A program made the position numbers and the translations under genes. Below are positions 1 through 8,786 of a DNA stretch of 64,000 nucleotides, piece after piece. The stretch spans positions 31,129-95,128 of the forward strand of contig CAZTFC010000001.1 in NCBI GenBank assembly GCA_964612075.1, given 5' to 3'. The notes below the pieces were generated by a model that saw only the letters and a list, made by a program, of their open reading frames with translations, did no database searches and was not told where the DNA came from. The stretch comes from an uncultured bacterium (GTDB lineage: Bacteria; Desulfobacterota; Deferrimicrobia; Deferrimicrobiales; Deferrimicrobiaceae). Numbering within the stretch: position 1 is the stretch's first letter; every line of letters starts with the position of its first letter.

Positions 1-497
1 GTCGCGCCGGGGTGGAACGAGAGCGCCGTCTCCAGGGTGTTCCGGACGTCCTGCGTCTCGATGACGCCCGTCACCTCTCTCCGGTCGCTCTCCATGTACC
101 GCCGGTAGTCGCTGATCCCCGCGAACACCACCGGGACGTCGGGGAATAGCGTGTCCGGGTGGCGGGTCAGCAGGTCCATCGCCGGGTTGTCGATGGCGAA
201 GACCAGGTCGATCTTCACCCCGCGGTACTTCGCGACGAGGAAATCCCTCATCCGCCGCTGGTGGTCCTCGCCGGGGAACCGCTTGGAATCGAGATAGACG
301 ACGGGGGTGTCGATCGAAGGGAAGACGGCCCGAAGCCGCCGGTCAATCCCCTCCTCCTCCTCGTCGGACCAGTCGAAGCCCCGGTGATAGGAGTTGAGGA
401 TGAGGACCCGGTGTTCATTGTCCGCCGCCTCCGCCGCCGGTGCCGGGAACATGGCAAGAAGCAGCCACCCGATAGCCGCGAGCGCCCGGAGGAGCAT
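1..497 (-). CDS. N-terminal fragment (signal peptide plus periplasmic ABC-substrate-binding-like sensor domain) of a signalling protein; the gene continues beyond the window edge
   Basis: Minus-strand ORF with ATG about 495-497, translated by hand from the sequence as MLLRALAAIGWLLLAMFPAPAAEAADNEHRVLILNSYHRGFDWSDEEEEGIDRRLRAVFPSID.... It has a hydrophobic signal peptide followed by a periplasmic-binding-like domain of the kind found at the N-terminus of sensor kinases. Its start sits immediately after the acnA stop. It is absent from the ORF track, presumably because it runs off the window edge. Confidence 0.45.
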   Translation of the reverse strand, partial: MLLRALAAIGWLLLAMFPAPAAEAADNEHRVLILNSYHRGFDWSDEEEEGIDRRLRAVFPSIDTPVVYLDSKRFPGEDHQRRMRDFLVAKYRGVKIDLVFAIDNPAMDLLTRHPDTLFPDVPVVFAGISDYRRYMESDRREVTGVIETQDVRNTLETALSFHPGA

Positions 498-501
498 CCG
501 T

Positions 502-3276
502 TTATCCCGTTCCCACCAGCCGCCGAAGCACGTACGGAAGGATCCCGCCGTGCAGGTAATACCGGACTTCCGCCGGGGTGTCGATCCGCACCAGGACCGG
601 GAAGGCGCGCTCGCCGCCGTCCCCTTCGACGCGGACCGTCGCCCGCATCTTCGGCGCGATGCCCGCCGCGATCCCCTCGACGGAGTAGAATTCCGTCCCG
701 GAGAGCCGGAGCGATTCCCGGGTCGCGCCGTCCGTGAACTGCAGCGGAAGGATCCCCATCCCCACCAGGTTGCTCCGGTGGATCCGCTCGAAGCTTTCCG
801 CGATGACGGCCCGCACCCCGAGGAGGAGCGGTCCCTTCGCCGCCCAGTCGCGCGACGATCCCGACCCGTATTCCTTGCCGGCCAGTATCAAAAGAGGCAC
901 GCCGTCCGCGGCGTACCGCGTCGCGGCGTCGTAGATCGCCGTCCTTTCGCCGCCCGGGGGGAAGGTCGTCCACCCGCCCTCCGTGCCGGGGGCGAGGAGG
1001 TTCCGCAGGCGGATGTTGGCGAACGTTCCGCGCATCATCACCTCGTGGTTCCCACGGCGGCTGCCGTAGGAGTTGAACTCCTCCACCGGCACGCCGTGGT
1101 CCAGCAGGTAGGCGGCGGCGGGGCCGCCCGGATCGATGTCGCCCGCGGGGGAGATGTGGTCGGTGGTCACCGAGTCGCCCAGCACGGCCAGGACGCGGGC
1201 GCCGCGGATGTCCTCCGGGGCGGCGGGTTTCGCGGGGAGCCGCTCGAAGAACGGCGGCGGCTTGATGTAGGTGGAGGAGGGGGCCCACCGGAAGCACTCC
1301 GATTTCGGCACGGGCAGCCGGTTCCACGCATCGTCCCCGGCGAACACCGAGGCGTACTCTTCCCGGAACATCCCCGGCTCCACCGAGGCGCGGACGCACG
1401 CCGTGACCTCCTCCGGCGAGGGCCAGACGTCCGCGAGGAAGACCGGGTTGCCGTTCCGGTCGACGCCCAGCGGCTCTTCGAAGGGATCGAAGTCCACCGT
1501 CCCCGCCAGGGCGTACGCCACGACCAGCGGGGGCGACGCCAGGTAGTTCGCCCGGCACAGCGGGTGGATCCGACCCTCGAAGTTCCGGTTCCCGGAAAGG
1601 ACCGACGCCGCGACCAGGTTTCCCCGCCGGATCGTTTCCGCCACGGCCTCCGGCAGCGGGCCGGAGTTTCCGATGCACGTGGTGCAGCCGTAGCCCACGA
1701 GGTGGAAGCCCAGCGCCTGCAGGTACGGCATCAGCCCCGCCCGCTCGAGGTACCGGGTCACGACCTTCGACCCCGGCGCGAGGCTGGTCTTCACCCACGG
1801 GCGGGTCTTGAGGCCCCGCTCGACGGCTTTTTTCGCGAGGAGCCCCGCGCCGATCATCACGGCGGGGTTGGAGGTGTTCGTGCAGCTCGTGATCGCCGCG
1901 ATGACGACCGAGCCGTCGTGCAGGTCGTAGACCCCCTGGTCCAGGCGGAGCGTCCGCACGTTCGGCGTCCACGACGCGGGGCGCACCGGCGTCTCTTCCC
2001 CGGCGGTCCCGCCGCCTTCCCCGAGCCACCGGTCCGTCCCTTCCTCCCCTTCGGCGGGACGCGGCTGCTTGCCCCACGACGGGAGGGCCGCGCGGAACGC
2101 CGCCTTGAAGCCGGAAAGCGGCACGCGGTCCTGGGGGCGCCTGGGGCCCGCCAGGCAAGGCTCTACCGTGGAGAGGTCGAGGGAAAGCGTATCGGAGAAG
2201 ACGGGGTCCCGCGTCTCGCCGGTGCGGAAGAGCCCCTGAGCCTTGCAGTAGGCCTCCACCAGCTTCACCTGTTTCGCGTCGCGCCCCGTGAAGAGGAGGT
2301 ACCGGAGCGTTTCGTCGTCCACGGGGAAGAAGGCGATCGTGGCGCCGTACTCCGGGGACATGTTCGAGATCGTCGCCCGGTCGGCCACGGAGAGCGACGA
2401 GAGCCCCTTGCCGTAGAACTCGACGAATTTGCCCACCACGCCTTTCCCGCGCAGCATCTGGGCGATCGTGAGGACGAGGTCCGTGGAGGTGGCGCCCGCC
2501 GGGAGCCTGCCGGAGAGACGGAACCCCACGACCTCGGGGACGAGCATGGAGATCGGCTGCCCGAGCATGGCGGCCTCCGCCTCGATCCCCCCGACGCCCC
2601 AGCCCAGGACCCCCAGGCCGTTGATCATCGGGGTGTGCGAGTCGGTGCCTACGAGGGTGTCGGGGTACGCCTGCGCGCCCCCGCGGACCTTCTTCCCGTG
2701 CACCACGGGCGCCAGGTATTCCAGGTTCACCTGGTGGCAGATCCCCGTGCCGGGCGGCACGACGCGGAAGTTCCGGAAGGATTCCTTTCCCCAGCGGAGG
2801 AACGCGTACCGCTCCCCGTTGCGCTCGTATTCCCGATCCACGTTGCCCTGGAAGGAGGAGACCGTCGAGAACCGGTCCACCTGAACGGAGTGGTCGATGA
2901 CCAGGTCCACCGGCATCTGCGGGTTGACCCTCTTCGGGTCCTTTCCCATGCGCCGCGCCGCGTCGCGCATCGACGCCAGGTCCACGAGCGCCGGGACGCC
3001 GGTGAAGTCCTGCATGAGCACGCGCGCGGGGCGGAAGGCGATCTCCCGTTCGGAAGGGCCGGCGGGAGACCAGCCCGCCAGCGCCTGGATGTCCTCGCCC
3101 GTCACGGCGGAGCCGTCCTCGTGGCGGAGCAGGTTCTCCAGCAGGATCCGTATGGAGCAGGGGAGCCGGGAAACCCTGCCGACACGGCGTTTCTCGAGCG
3201 ATTCCAGGCGGAAGATCTCGTAGGGCCGCCCGCCGACGGTCATTCGGGAACGGGTACCGAACGTGTCCGGATGCAT
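502..3276 (-). CDS. acnA: Aconitate hydratase A (aconitase / IRP family)
   Basis: 924-aa ORF with family-wide similarity to aconitase, including the Fe-S cluster ligand regions and the C-terminal swivel domain (motifs such as GTDSHT and SGNRNFEGR). An RBS GGGAGG lies upstream of the ATG. Confidence 0.95.
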   Translation of the reverse strand: MHPDTFGTRSRMTVGGRPYEIFRLESLEKRRVGRVSRLPCSIRILLENLLRHEDGSAVTGEDIQALAGWSPAGPSEREIAFRPARVLMQDFTGVPALVDLASMRDAARRMGKDPKRVNPQMPVDLVIDHSVQVDRFSTVSSFQGNVDREYERNGERYAFLRWGKESFRNFRVVPPGTGICHQVNLEYLAPVVHGKKVRGGAQAYPDTLVGTDSHTPMINGLGVLGWGVGGIEAEAAMLGQPISMLVPEVVGFRLSGRLPAGATSTDLVLTIAQMLRGKGVVGKFVEFYGKGLSSLSVADRATISNMSPEYGATIAFFPVDDETLRYLLFTGRDAKQVKLVEAYCKAQGLFRTGETRDPVFSDTLSLDLSTVEPCLAGPRRPQDRVPLSGFKAAFRAALPSWGKQPRPAEGEEGTDRWLGEGGGTAGEETPVRPASWTPNVRTLRLDQGVYDLHDGSVVIAAITSCTNTSNPAVMIGAGLLAKKAVERGLKTRPWVKTSLAPGSKVVTRYLERAGLMPYLQALGFHLVGYGCTTCIGNSGPLPEAVAETIRRGNLVAASVLSGNRNFEGRIHPLCRANYLASPPLVVAYALAGTVDFDPFEEPLGVDRNGNPVFLADVWPSPEEVTACVRASVEPGMFREEYASVFAGDDAWNRLPVPKSECFRWAPSSTYIKPPPFFERLPAKPAAPEDIRGARVLAVLGDSVTTDHISPAGDIDPGGPAAAYLLDHGVPVEEFNSYGSRRGNHEVMMRGTFANIRLRNLLAPGTEGGWTTFPPGGERTAIYDAATRYAADGVPLLILAGKEYGSGSSRDWAAKGPLLLGVRAVIAESFERIHRSNLVGMGILPLQFTDGATRESLRLSGTEFYSVEGIAAGIAPKMRATVRVEGDGGERAFPVLVRIDTPAEVRYYLHGGILPYVLRRLVGTG

Positions 3277-3351
3277 GGCGTCTTGGCCTCCCGCGCGGCA
3301 TGTTGGGACCGATAACCAGATGGTACCATGGCCGGCGGGAGCGGGGCGGGG

Positions 3352-4833
3352 TCAGGCGTGGGCTATTTCTTTTCCCGGCGTTTCCTGCGGCGCTTCGTCG
3401 GGTTCGTTTCCGTGGAGGATCCGGTGCAGGTCGACCAGGAACCGGCCGAGATGGTGCAGGTCGGCGAACCGGAGGTCCGGCATGGTTTCCAGCAGTTCCT
3501 TCTCGATTTCCGCTTTCTGGAGAGCGCAGACGAACGCCTGGACCGCGCGGGGGTCGAACGCTTTGTCGACGTCCTCGCAGAGGATCCCCAGGGCCTTCTC
3601 GACCGTCATCGCCTCGCGGTATGGGCGCTTCGAGGTCAGGGCGTCGAACACGTCGGCCACCGCGATGATCCGGCCGAACAGGGAGATCTGCTCGCCTTTC
3701 AGTCCGAACGGGTATCCTTTTCCGTCCACCCGCTCGTGATGCTGGACGGCTGCGTCCACGATCACGGAGGGCAGGTGGATGGGCTCCAGGATCTTGTTCG
3801 TGAGGAGCGGATGCTTCTTGATCTCCCGGAACTCCTCTTCCGTCAGCTTCCCCGGCTTCCCCAGGATCGATTCCGGGACGCCGATCTTCCCCAGGTCGTG
3901 CATGTACGCCGCGATGTCCAGGTCGTTCAGCAGCTTCTCGGGGACGCCCAGGTGCCGGCCGATGGCGTTGGAGAAGCGGGCGACCCGGAACGAATGGCCG
4001 TGGGTGTACTGGTCCTTGGCGTCGATGGCGGCGGCCAGCGCCTTCACCGTGTTGAGGTAGAGGTCCTGCAGGCTGCCGTACAGGCGGATGGTCTCCACGG
4101 TGGGGGAGATGGTGTGCTCGATGATGCTGACGAACTTCTTCTCGTACGATGTGAAGAACCGCTTGTCCGGCGACTTGAAGAAGGCGATGAAGCCGATCGG
4201 CCCGTCCTTCTCCTTGATCGGGCAGTAGAGGACCGAGGTCCCGTCCGGCAGGCTGGAGATGGCGGTGGCGTCCTTGACCGGGATGCGCTCCAGGACCTTC
4301 GCGCGCAGCTCCGCGAGCTCGTCCGGCCCGATGCCACACGGGATGTCGATCTCCTGGTCCCTCCGGCCCTTCGTGTGGACCATCCCGTAGTCCGCCTGGA
4401 TGGCGGGCGCGATCTCCTCGAGGACGATCCGGCAGAACTCGTCGATCTCGTTGACGCCGATCGTCTTGCGGGCGAGGTTGAACAGGAAGCTCATCTGCCC
4501 GGAGAGCTGCAGCATCTCGTCGCTGGTCTGCAGGAGCTCCGTGTCCCTGGCCAGCAGGTGGCCGATCCCCTTGATGCCGAGGAGGATGTGCGGCTCGGCC
4601 CGCAGCAGCGCGCTTTCGCTGTCGGCGGCGCACCGCAAGCCCCCGAAGCCGTTCCCGGAGCCGAACGGGAAGGATTTCGCGTGCGGAAGGTCGGCCGGCT
4701 CCATCCGCCCAAGCGGGACGAACGATTCGTCGCCGTCCACGACCCAGGCGCGCACCCCGTGCTCTTTATGCAGGTAGGCCGCGAACTCTTCCACGAAGGA
4801 AGTGTCGACCATCGTGTCCTTGATGCCGCTCAT
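3352..4833 (-). CDS. HD-GYP domain c-di-GMP phosphodiesterase with GAF-like N-terminal sensor domain
   Basis: 493-aa ORF. The C-terminal HD domain carries HD..GK and HHERVDGKGYP (GYP) motifs, and the N-terminus is GAF-like. Its start overlaps the stop of the upstream response regulator (ATGA). Confidence 0.85.
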   Translation of the reverse strand: MSGIKDTMVDTSFVEEFAAYLHKEHGVRAWVVDGDESFVPLGRMEPADLPHAKSFPFGSGNGFGGLRCAADSESALLRAEPHILLGIKGIGHLLARDTELLQTSDEMLQLSGQMSFLFNLARKTIGVNEIDEFCRIVLEEIAPAIQADYGMVHTKGRRDQEIDIPCGIGPDELAELRAKVLERIPVKDATAISSLPDGTSVLYCPIKEKDGPIGFIAFFKSPDKRFFTSYEKKFVSIIEHTISPTVETIRLYGSLQDLYLNTVKALAAAIDAKDQYTHGHSFRVARFSNAIGRHLGVPEKLLNDLDIAAYMHDLGKIGVPESILGKPGKLTEEEFREIKKHPLLTNKILEPIHLPSVIVDAAVQHHERVDGKGYPFGLKGEQISLFGRIIAVADVFDALTSKRPYREAMTVEKALGILCEDVDKAFDPRAVQAFVCALQKAEIEKELLETMPDLRFADLHHLGRFLVDLHRILHGNEPDEAPQETPGKEIAHA

Positions 4834-5216
4834 GCGCCGCTCTTGCCGCCCGCGCCGAGGATCGAGGAGATGGTCGTCCGCAGCTCCTCCTTGGAGATCG
4901 GCTTGTTCAGGAACCCGGACCCGCCGGCTTCCTTCGCCATCCGGATGTCCTGCTCGCTCCCGAGCGAGGTGAAGATCAGCACGTGGATGTGCGTGGTGGC
5001 CGTGTCGTTCTTGATGTGGGTGGTCGCCTCGATGCCGTTCATGACCGGCATCTCGACGTCCATGATGACAAGGTCCGGCTGGTTCGCCTTGGCCATCTCG
5101 TACCCCATCAGGCCGTTCTCGGCGATCAGCACCTCGTAGTCGTCCTCTTTGAGGATCATCCCGACGATCCGGCGGATCATGTGGGAGTCGTCGACGATCA
5201 GGACCTTCTTCTGCAT
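4830..5216 (-). CDS. Single-domain response regulator (CheY-like receiver)
   Basis: The track ORF 4830..5348 was trimmed to the internal Met (MQKKVLIVDDSHMIRR...), which has a strong SD (GAGGACGGG) 8 nt upstream. The receiver domain carries the conserved DD...D...K residues. Its stop overlaps the HD-GYP start. Confidence 0.85.
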   Translation of the reverse strand: MQKKVLIVDDSHMIRRIVGMILKEDDYEVLIAENGLMGYEMAKANQPDLVIMDVEMPVMNGIEATTHIKNDTATTHIHVLIFTSLGSEQDIRMAKEAGGSGFLNKPISKEELRTTISSILGAGGKSGA

Positions 5217-5378
5217 CACACCCGTCCTCTTCCCCTCGAAAAACAGGATTCGAGGCGTTTCATGTTCTTTCATCGGAAAACCGGGCCGAAAAATTAGTCC
5301 TGCCCCTTTTTTTTTTATGAAAAGTTTTTTTGTTTCAATTACTAACAAGACGATTTACCGAATGCCCCCCGGGCGGAA

Positions 5379-5384
5379 TATAAT
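5379..5384 (+). promoter_or_regulatory. Perfect TATAAT -10 hexamer (with a weak TTACCG -35 18 nt upstream) in the tkt upstream region
   Basis: A consensus -10 hexamer is conspicuous in 70% GC DNA. It lies about 170 nt upstream of the tkt start, in the divergent intergenic region between the response regulator and tkt. Confidence 0.3.
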
Positions 5385-5554
5385 CGACCCGGAAGAAAAC
5401 GGACGGGGGCCGCGCACAGCGAACCGGAAGAGTCGGGACGGATGCAGGAGCCGGAAAATCTCCTGCGAGGATTGAGCCCCGGAACGGGGAGGACGGTGGT
5501 AAGATGATCCCGCCGTATCCGGAATCCCATCAACAGAAATAGACTTCGGCCCGG

Positions 5555-7609
5555 ATGAAAGGGGAGTTGTCCGTGAAGAACGAGGACCTCGCGTCGCACG
5601 CAGTGAACACCATACGGTTCCTTTCCGCGGAGGCCGTCCAGAAGGCGAAGTCCGGCCACCCGGGCACGCCGATGGCGCTGGCGCCGCTTTCGTATCTCCT
5701 TTGGACCCGCTTCCTCCGGTACAACCCGGCGAACCCGGAGTGGCCCGGGCGCGACCGGTTCGTGCTCTCCTGCGGGCACGCCTCCATGCTCCTCTACTCC
5801 ATGCTCCACCTGACGGGATACGACCTCTCCCTCGAGGAGCTGAAATCGTTCCGGCAATGGGGAAGCCGGACGCCGGGGCACCCGGAGGCGGGGCACGCGC
5901 CGGGGGTGGAGGTGACGACGGGCCCGCTGGGGCAGGGGCTCGGCAACGCCGTGGGGATGGCGATGGCCTCGCGGCTGCTCGCCCACCGCTTCAACCGGCC
6001 GGGGCACGAGATCGTCTCCCACCGGGTCGTGGCGCTGTGCTCCGACGGGGACCTGATGGAGGGGGTGGCCTCCGAGGCGGCGTCGCTGGCCGGCCTGCAC
6101 CGGCTGTCGAACCTGGCGGCCTTCTACGACGACAACCGGATCACGATCGAGGGGTCGACGGACCTCGCCTTCCGCGAGGACGTGGCGGCGCGGTTCCGGG
6201 CGTACGGCTGGGACGTCCTTTCCGTCGCGGACGGGAACACCGACCTCGACGGGATCGCCGCGGCGGTCGAGGCCGCGTTCTCGCGGCGCGAGCGGCCCGT
6301 CCTGGTGATCGTGCGGACGAGCATCGGGTACGGCTCCCCCAACAAGCAGGACACCGCGGACGCGCACGGCTCCCCGCTCGGGGAGGCCGAGATCGCGCTC
6401 GCGAAGGAGAGGCTCGGATGGCCCGCGTCTCCCGGCTTCCTCATCCCCGAAGACGTCCTGGCCCATTTCCGCGAGGCGGTGGGGCGCGGGGCGCGCCTGG
6501 AGGAGGAATGGAGCCGGCGGTTCGCCGCGTACGCCGCCGCCTTCCCGGACCTCGCGAAGGAATGGGAGCGCTGCATGCGGGGCGCCCTGCCGGAAGGGTG
6601 GGATGCCGGCATCCCGTCGTTTCCCCCGGAGGCCGGCGCGGTGGCCACCCGGAGCGCGTCCGGGAAGGTGCTCAACGCGATCGCCGCCAAGCTTCCTGAG
6701 CTGGCGGGCGGTTCGGCGGACCTGGCCCCCTCGAACGAGTCGGCCATCAAGGGCGGGGGGGAGTTCCTCCCCGACGCCCCGCCGGGGGGACGGAACTTCC
6801 ACTTCGGCGTCCGGGAGCACGGGATGGGGGCGATCCTGAACGGGATGGCGCGTTACGGCGGCGTGATCCCCTACGGCGCCACCTTCTTCGTCTTCACGGA
6901 CTACATGCGTCCTTCCATCCGGCTGGCGGCGCTGATGGGGTCCCGGGTGATCTACCTGATGACCCACGATTCCGTCGGCGTGGGGGAGGACGGCCCGACC
7001 CACCAGCCGATCGAGCACCTGGCGTCGCTGCGGGCGATGCCCAATCTCCACGTCGTCCGGCCCGGGGACGCGAACGAGACGGCGGCGGCCTGGCGGATGG
7101 CGCTCGAGCGGACGGACGGCCCCACCCTCCTCGTCCTGACGCGGCAGAAGATCGCCGTCCTGCCGCCGGAGCGGGTGCTGCGGGACGACGGCGCGCGCCG
7201 CGGGGCGTACGTCCTCGAGGAGGCGGAAGGCGGGGCGCCGGCGGTGCTGCTCCTGGCGACCGGCTCGGAGGTGGCGGTGGCGCTCGGCGCGAGGAAGCTG
7301 CTGGCGGAGGAGGGGATCCCGGCCCGCGTGGTGAGCATGCCCTGCTGGGAGCGGTTCGAGGAGCAGGAGGCGTCCTACCGGGAAGCGGTCCTTCCGGCCG
7401 CCGTGGAAGCGCGCGTCTCGGTCGAGGCCGGCTCCACGTTCGGCTGGGAACGGTACGTCGGGCTCCGCGGGGCGTCCGTGGGGATCGACCGTTTCGGGGC
7501 GTCCGCCCCGGCGGAGCGGGTCTTCCGCGAGCTGGGGATCACGCCGGAAAGCGTGCGCGACCGGGCGAAGTCCGTCCTGGCCGCGATGAAGGGAGGTGCG
7601 GGGAGATGA
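5555..7609 (+). CDS. tkt: Transketolase
   Basis: 684-aa ORF with full-length transketolase similarity, covering the thiamine diphosphate-binding, pyrimidine-binding and C-terminal domains (HPE...[12 protein letters not shown] motifs). Confidence 0.95.
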   Translation: MKGELSVKNEDLASHAVNTIRFLSAEAVQKAKSGHPGTPMALAPLSYLLWTRFLRYNPANPEWPGRDRFVLSCGHASMLLYSMLHLTGYDLSLEELKSFRQWGSRTPGHPEAGHAPGVEVTTGPLGQGLGNAVGMAMASRLLAHRFNRPGHEIVSHRVVALCSDGDLMEGVASEAASLAGLHRLSNLAAFYDDNRITIEGSTDLAFREDVAARFRAYGWDVLSVADGNTDLDGIAAAVEAAFSRRERPVLVIVRTSIGYGSPNKQDTADAHGSPLGEAEIALAKERLGWPASPGFLIPEDVLAHFREAVGRGARLEEEWSRRFAAYAAAFPDLAKEWERCMRGALPEGWDAGIPSFPPEAGAVATRSASGKVLNAIAAKLPELAGGSADLAPSNESAIKGGGEFLPDAPPGGRNFHFGVREHGMGAILNGMARYGGVIPYGATFFVFTDYMRPSIRLAALMGSRVIYLMTHDSVGVGEDGPTHQPIEHLASLRAMPNLHVVRPGDANETAAAWRMALERTDGPTLLVLTRQKIAVLPPERVLRDDGARRGAYVLEEAEGGAPAVLLLATGSEVAVALGARKLLAEEGIPARVVSMPCWERFEEQEASYREAVLPAAVEARVSVEAGSTFGWERYVGLRGASVGIDRFGASAPAERVFRELGITPESVRDRAKSVLAAMKGGAGR

Positions 7610-8742
7610 AGAAAAATCCGCTGGTCGCGTTGCGGGAGGCGGGGCAGAGCCCCTGGCTCGATTACATCCACCGCGGGCTGATCGTTTCCGGGGAGCTGGC
7701 CCGGATGATCCGGGAGGACGGCATTTCGGGCGTGACCTCCAACCCGACCATCTTCGAGAAGGCGGTGTCCTCGGGGACCGACTACGACGCCCAGGTCGCG
7801 GAGCTGGCCCGGGAGGGGGTGTCGGCCGAGACCGCGTACCAGAGGATCGTCGTCGACGACATCCGCGCCGCCGCGGACGTGCTTCGCCCCGTGTACGACG
7901 CCTCGAAGGGCGAAGACGGGTACGTGTCGCTGGAGGTGGAGCCCGACCTGGCGTACGAGACGAAGGCGACGTCCGACCGCGCGCGCGAGCTGTTCCGGCT
8001 CGTCGGGCGCCCCAACGTGATGATCAAGATCCCCGCCACGCGCGAGGGGCTGCCCGCGGTGGAGGAGGCGGTCGCCTCCGGCGTCCCGGTGAACGTGACG
8101 CTGATCTTCTCCGTGAAGCGGTACGGCGAGGTCGCCGAAGCGTATCAGCGAGGGGTGGAGCGGCTGCTGGCCGCGGGGGGCGATCCCCGGCAAGTGGCGT
8201 CCGTAGCGTCGTTCTTCGTTTCCCGGATCGATACGGCGGTGGATGCGCAGCTGCTCCCCGTGGCGGAAACCTGGCCGGGGTCCCCGCGGGCCCGGACCGC
8301 GCTTTCGCTGGCGGGAAAAGTGGCGGTGGCCAGCGCGCAGGCCGCCTACGCGATGTTTCTGGAGATCGTCTCCGCGGAGCGCTGGATCGGGCTCGAGGCC
8401 AGGGGTGCCCGCCGGCAGCGGCCCCTGTGGGCCAGCACGGGGACGAAGAACCCGAAGTATTCCGACGTAAAGTACGTGGAGGAGCTCGTCGGCCGGTACA
8501 CGGTGAACACGATGCCGCCCCAGACGATGGACGCCTTCCGGGACCACGGGAAGGTGTCGGACGCGTTGACGGGCTCTTATACCGCCGCGAAAGCCGTTCT
8601 CGACGACTACTCCCTGATGGAGACCGGCATCGAGGAGGTGTGCGCCCGCCTCGAGGCGGAAGGGGTGAAAAGCTTCCTCGATTCCTACCGGAAGCTGCTC
8701 GCGGCCATCCGGAAGAGACTGGAAGGCGCCGCGGGGATATAA
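7606..8742 (+). CDS. tal: Transaldolase (long, about 370-aa type)
   Basis: 378-aa ORF with transaldolase family similarity (SNPTIFEKA, the active-site Lys region). Its ATG overlaps the tkt stop (ATGA). Confidence 0.93.
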   Translation: MKKNPLVALREAGQSPWLDYIHRGLIVSGELARMIREDGISGVTSNPTIFEKAVSSGTDYDAQVAELAREGVSAETAYQRIVVDDIRAAADVLRPVYDASKGEDGYVSLEVEPDLAYETKATSDRARELFRLVGRPNVMIKIPATREGLPAVEEAVASGVPVNVTLIFSVKRYGEVAEAYQRGVERLLAAGGDPRQVASVASFFVSRIDTAVDAQLLPVAETWPGSPRARTALSLAGKVAVASAQAAYAMFLEIVSAERWIGLEARGARRQRPLWASTGTKNPKYSDVKYVEELVGRYTVNTMPPQTMDAFRDHGKVSDALTGSYTAAKAVLDDYSLMETGIEEVCARLEAEGVKSFLDSYRKLLAAIRKRLEGAAGI

Positions 8743-8786
8743 TCGGTAATCGACACGCTTTCAGGCGGCCACCCTTGGGCGACGCG

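Noticed and set aside
3326-3335. 10-bp palindrome ATGGTACCAT upstream of acnA
   Set aside because: It is a single short palindrome (a KpnI-type site) with no second half-site or known regulator motif, so probably chance.
248-4633. 1461-aa minus-strand ORF, together with other very long ORFs in the track (for example 394..3315+, 3328..5139+, 5342..7051-, 8826..10874-, 12341..14581-, 15110..17104-, 18839..20242+, 44200..48723+, 48153..51086+, 53521..58089+, 60760..63318+)
   Set aside because: They are Arg/Gly/Pro/Ala-rich translations antisense to, or out of frame with, strongly recognisable genes. Long open frames are expected by chance at about 70% GC, and none matched a protein family.
5217-5554. 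Possible riboswitch or attenuator in the long tkt leader
   Set aside because: I recognised no conserved riboswitch core or terminator/antiterminator alternation. Only the small uORF was noted.
7596-8786. N-terminal 397 codons of the 1077-aa track ORF 7596..10829
   Set aside because: This stretch overlaps transaldolase in another frame. The kinase homology begins only after the in-frame ATG at 8787, 45 nt past the tal stop.
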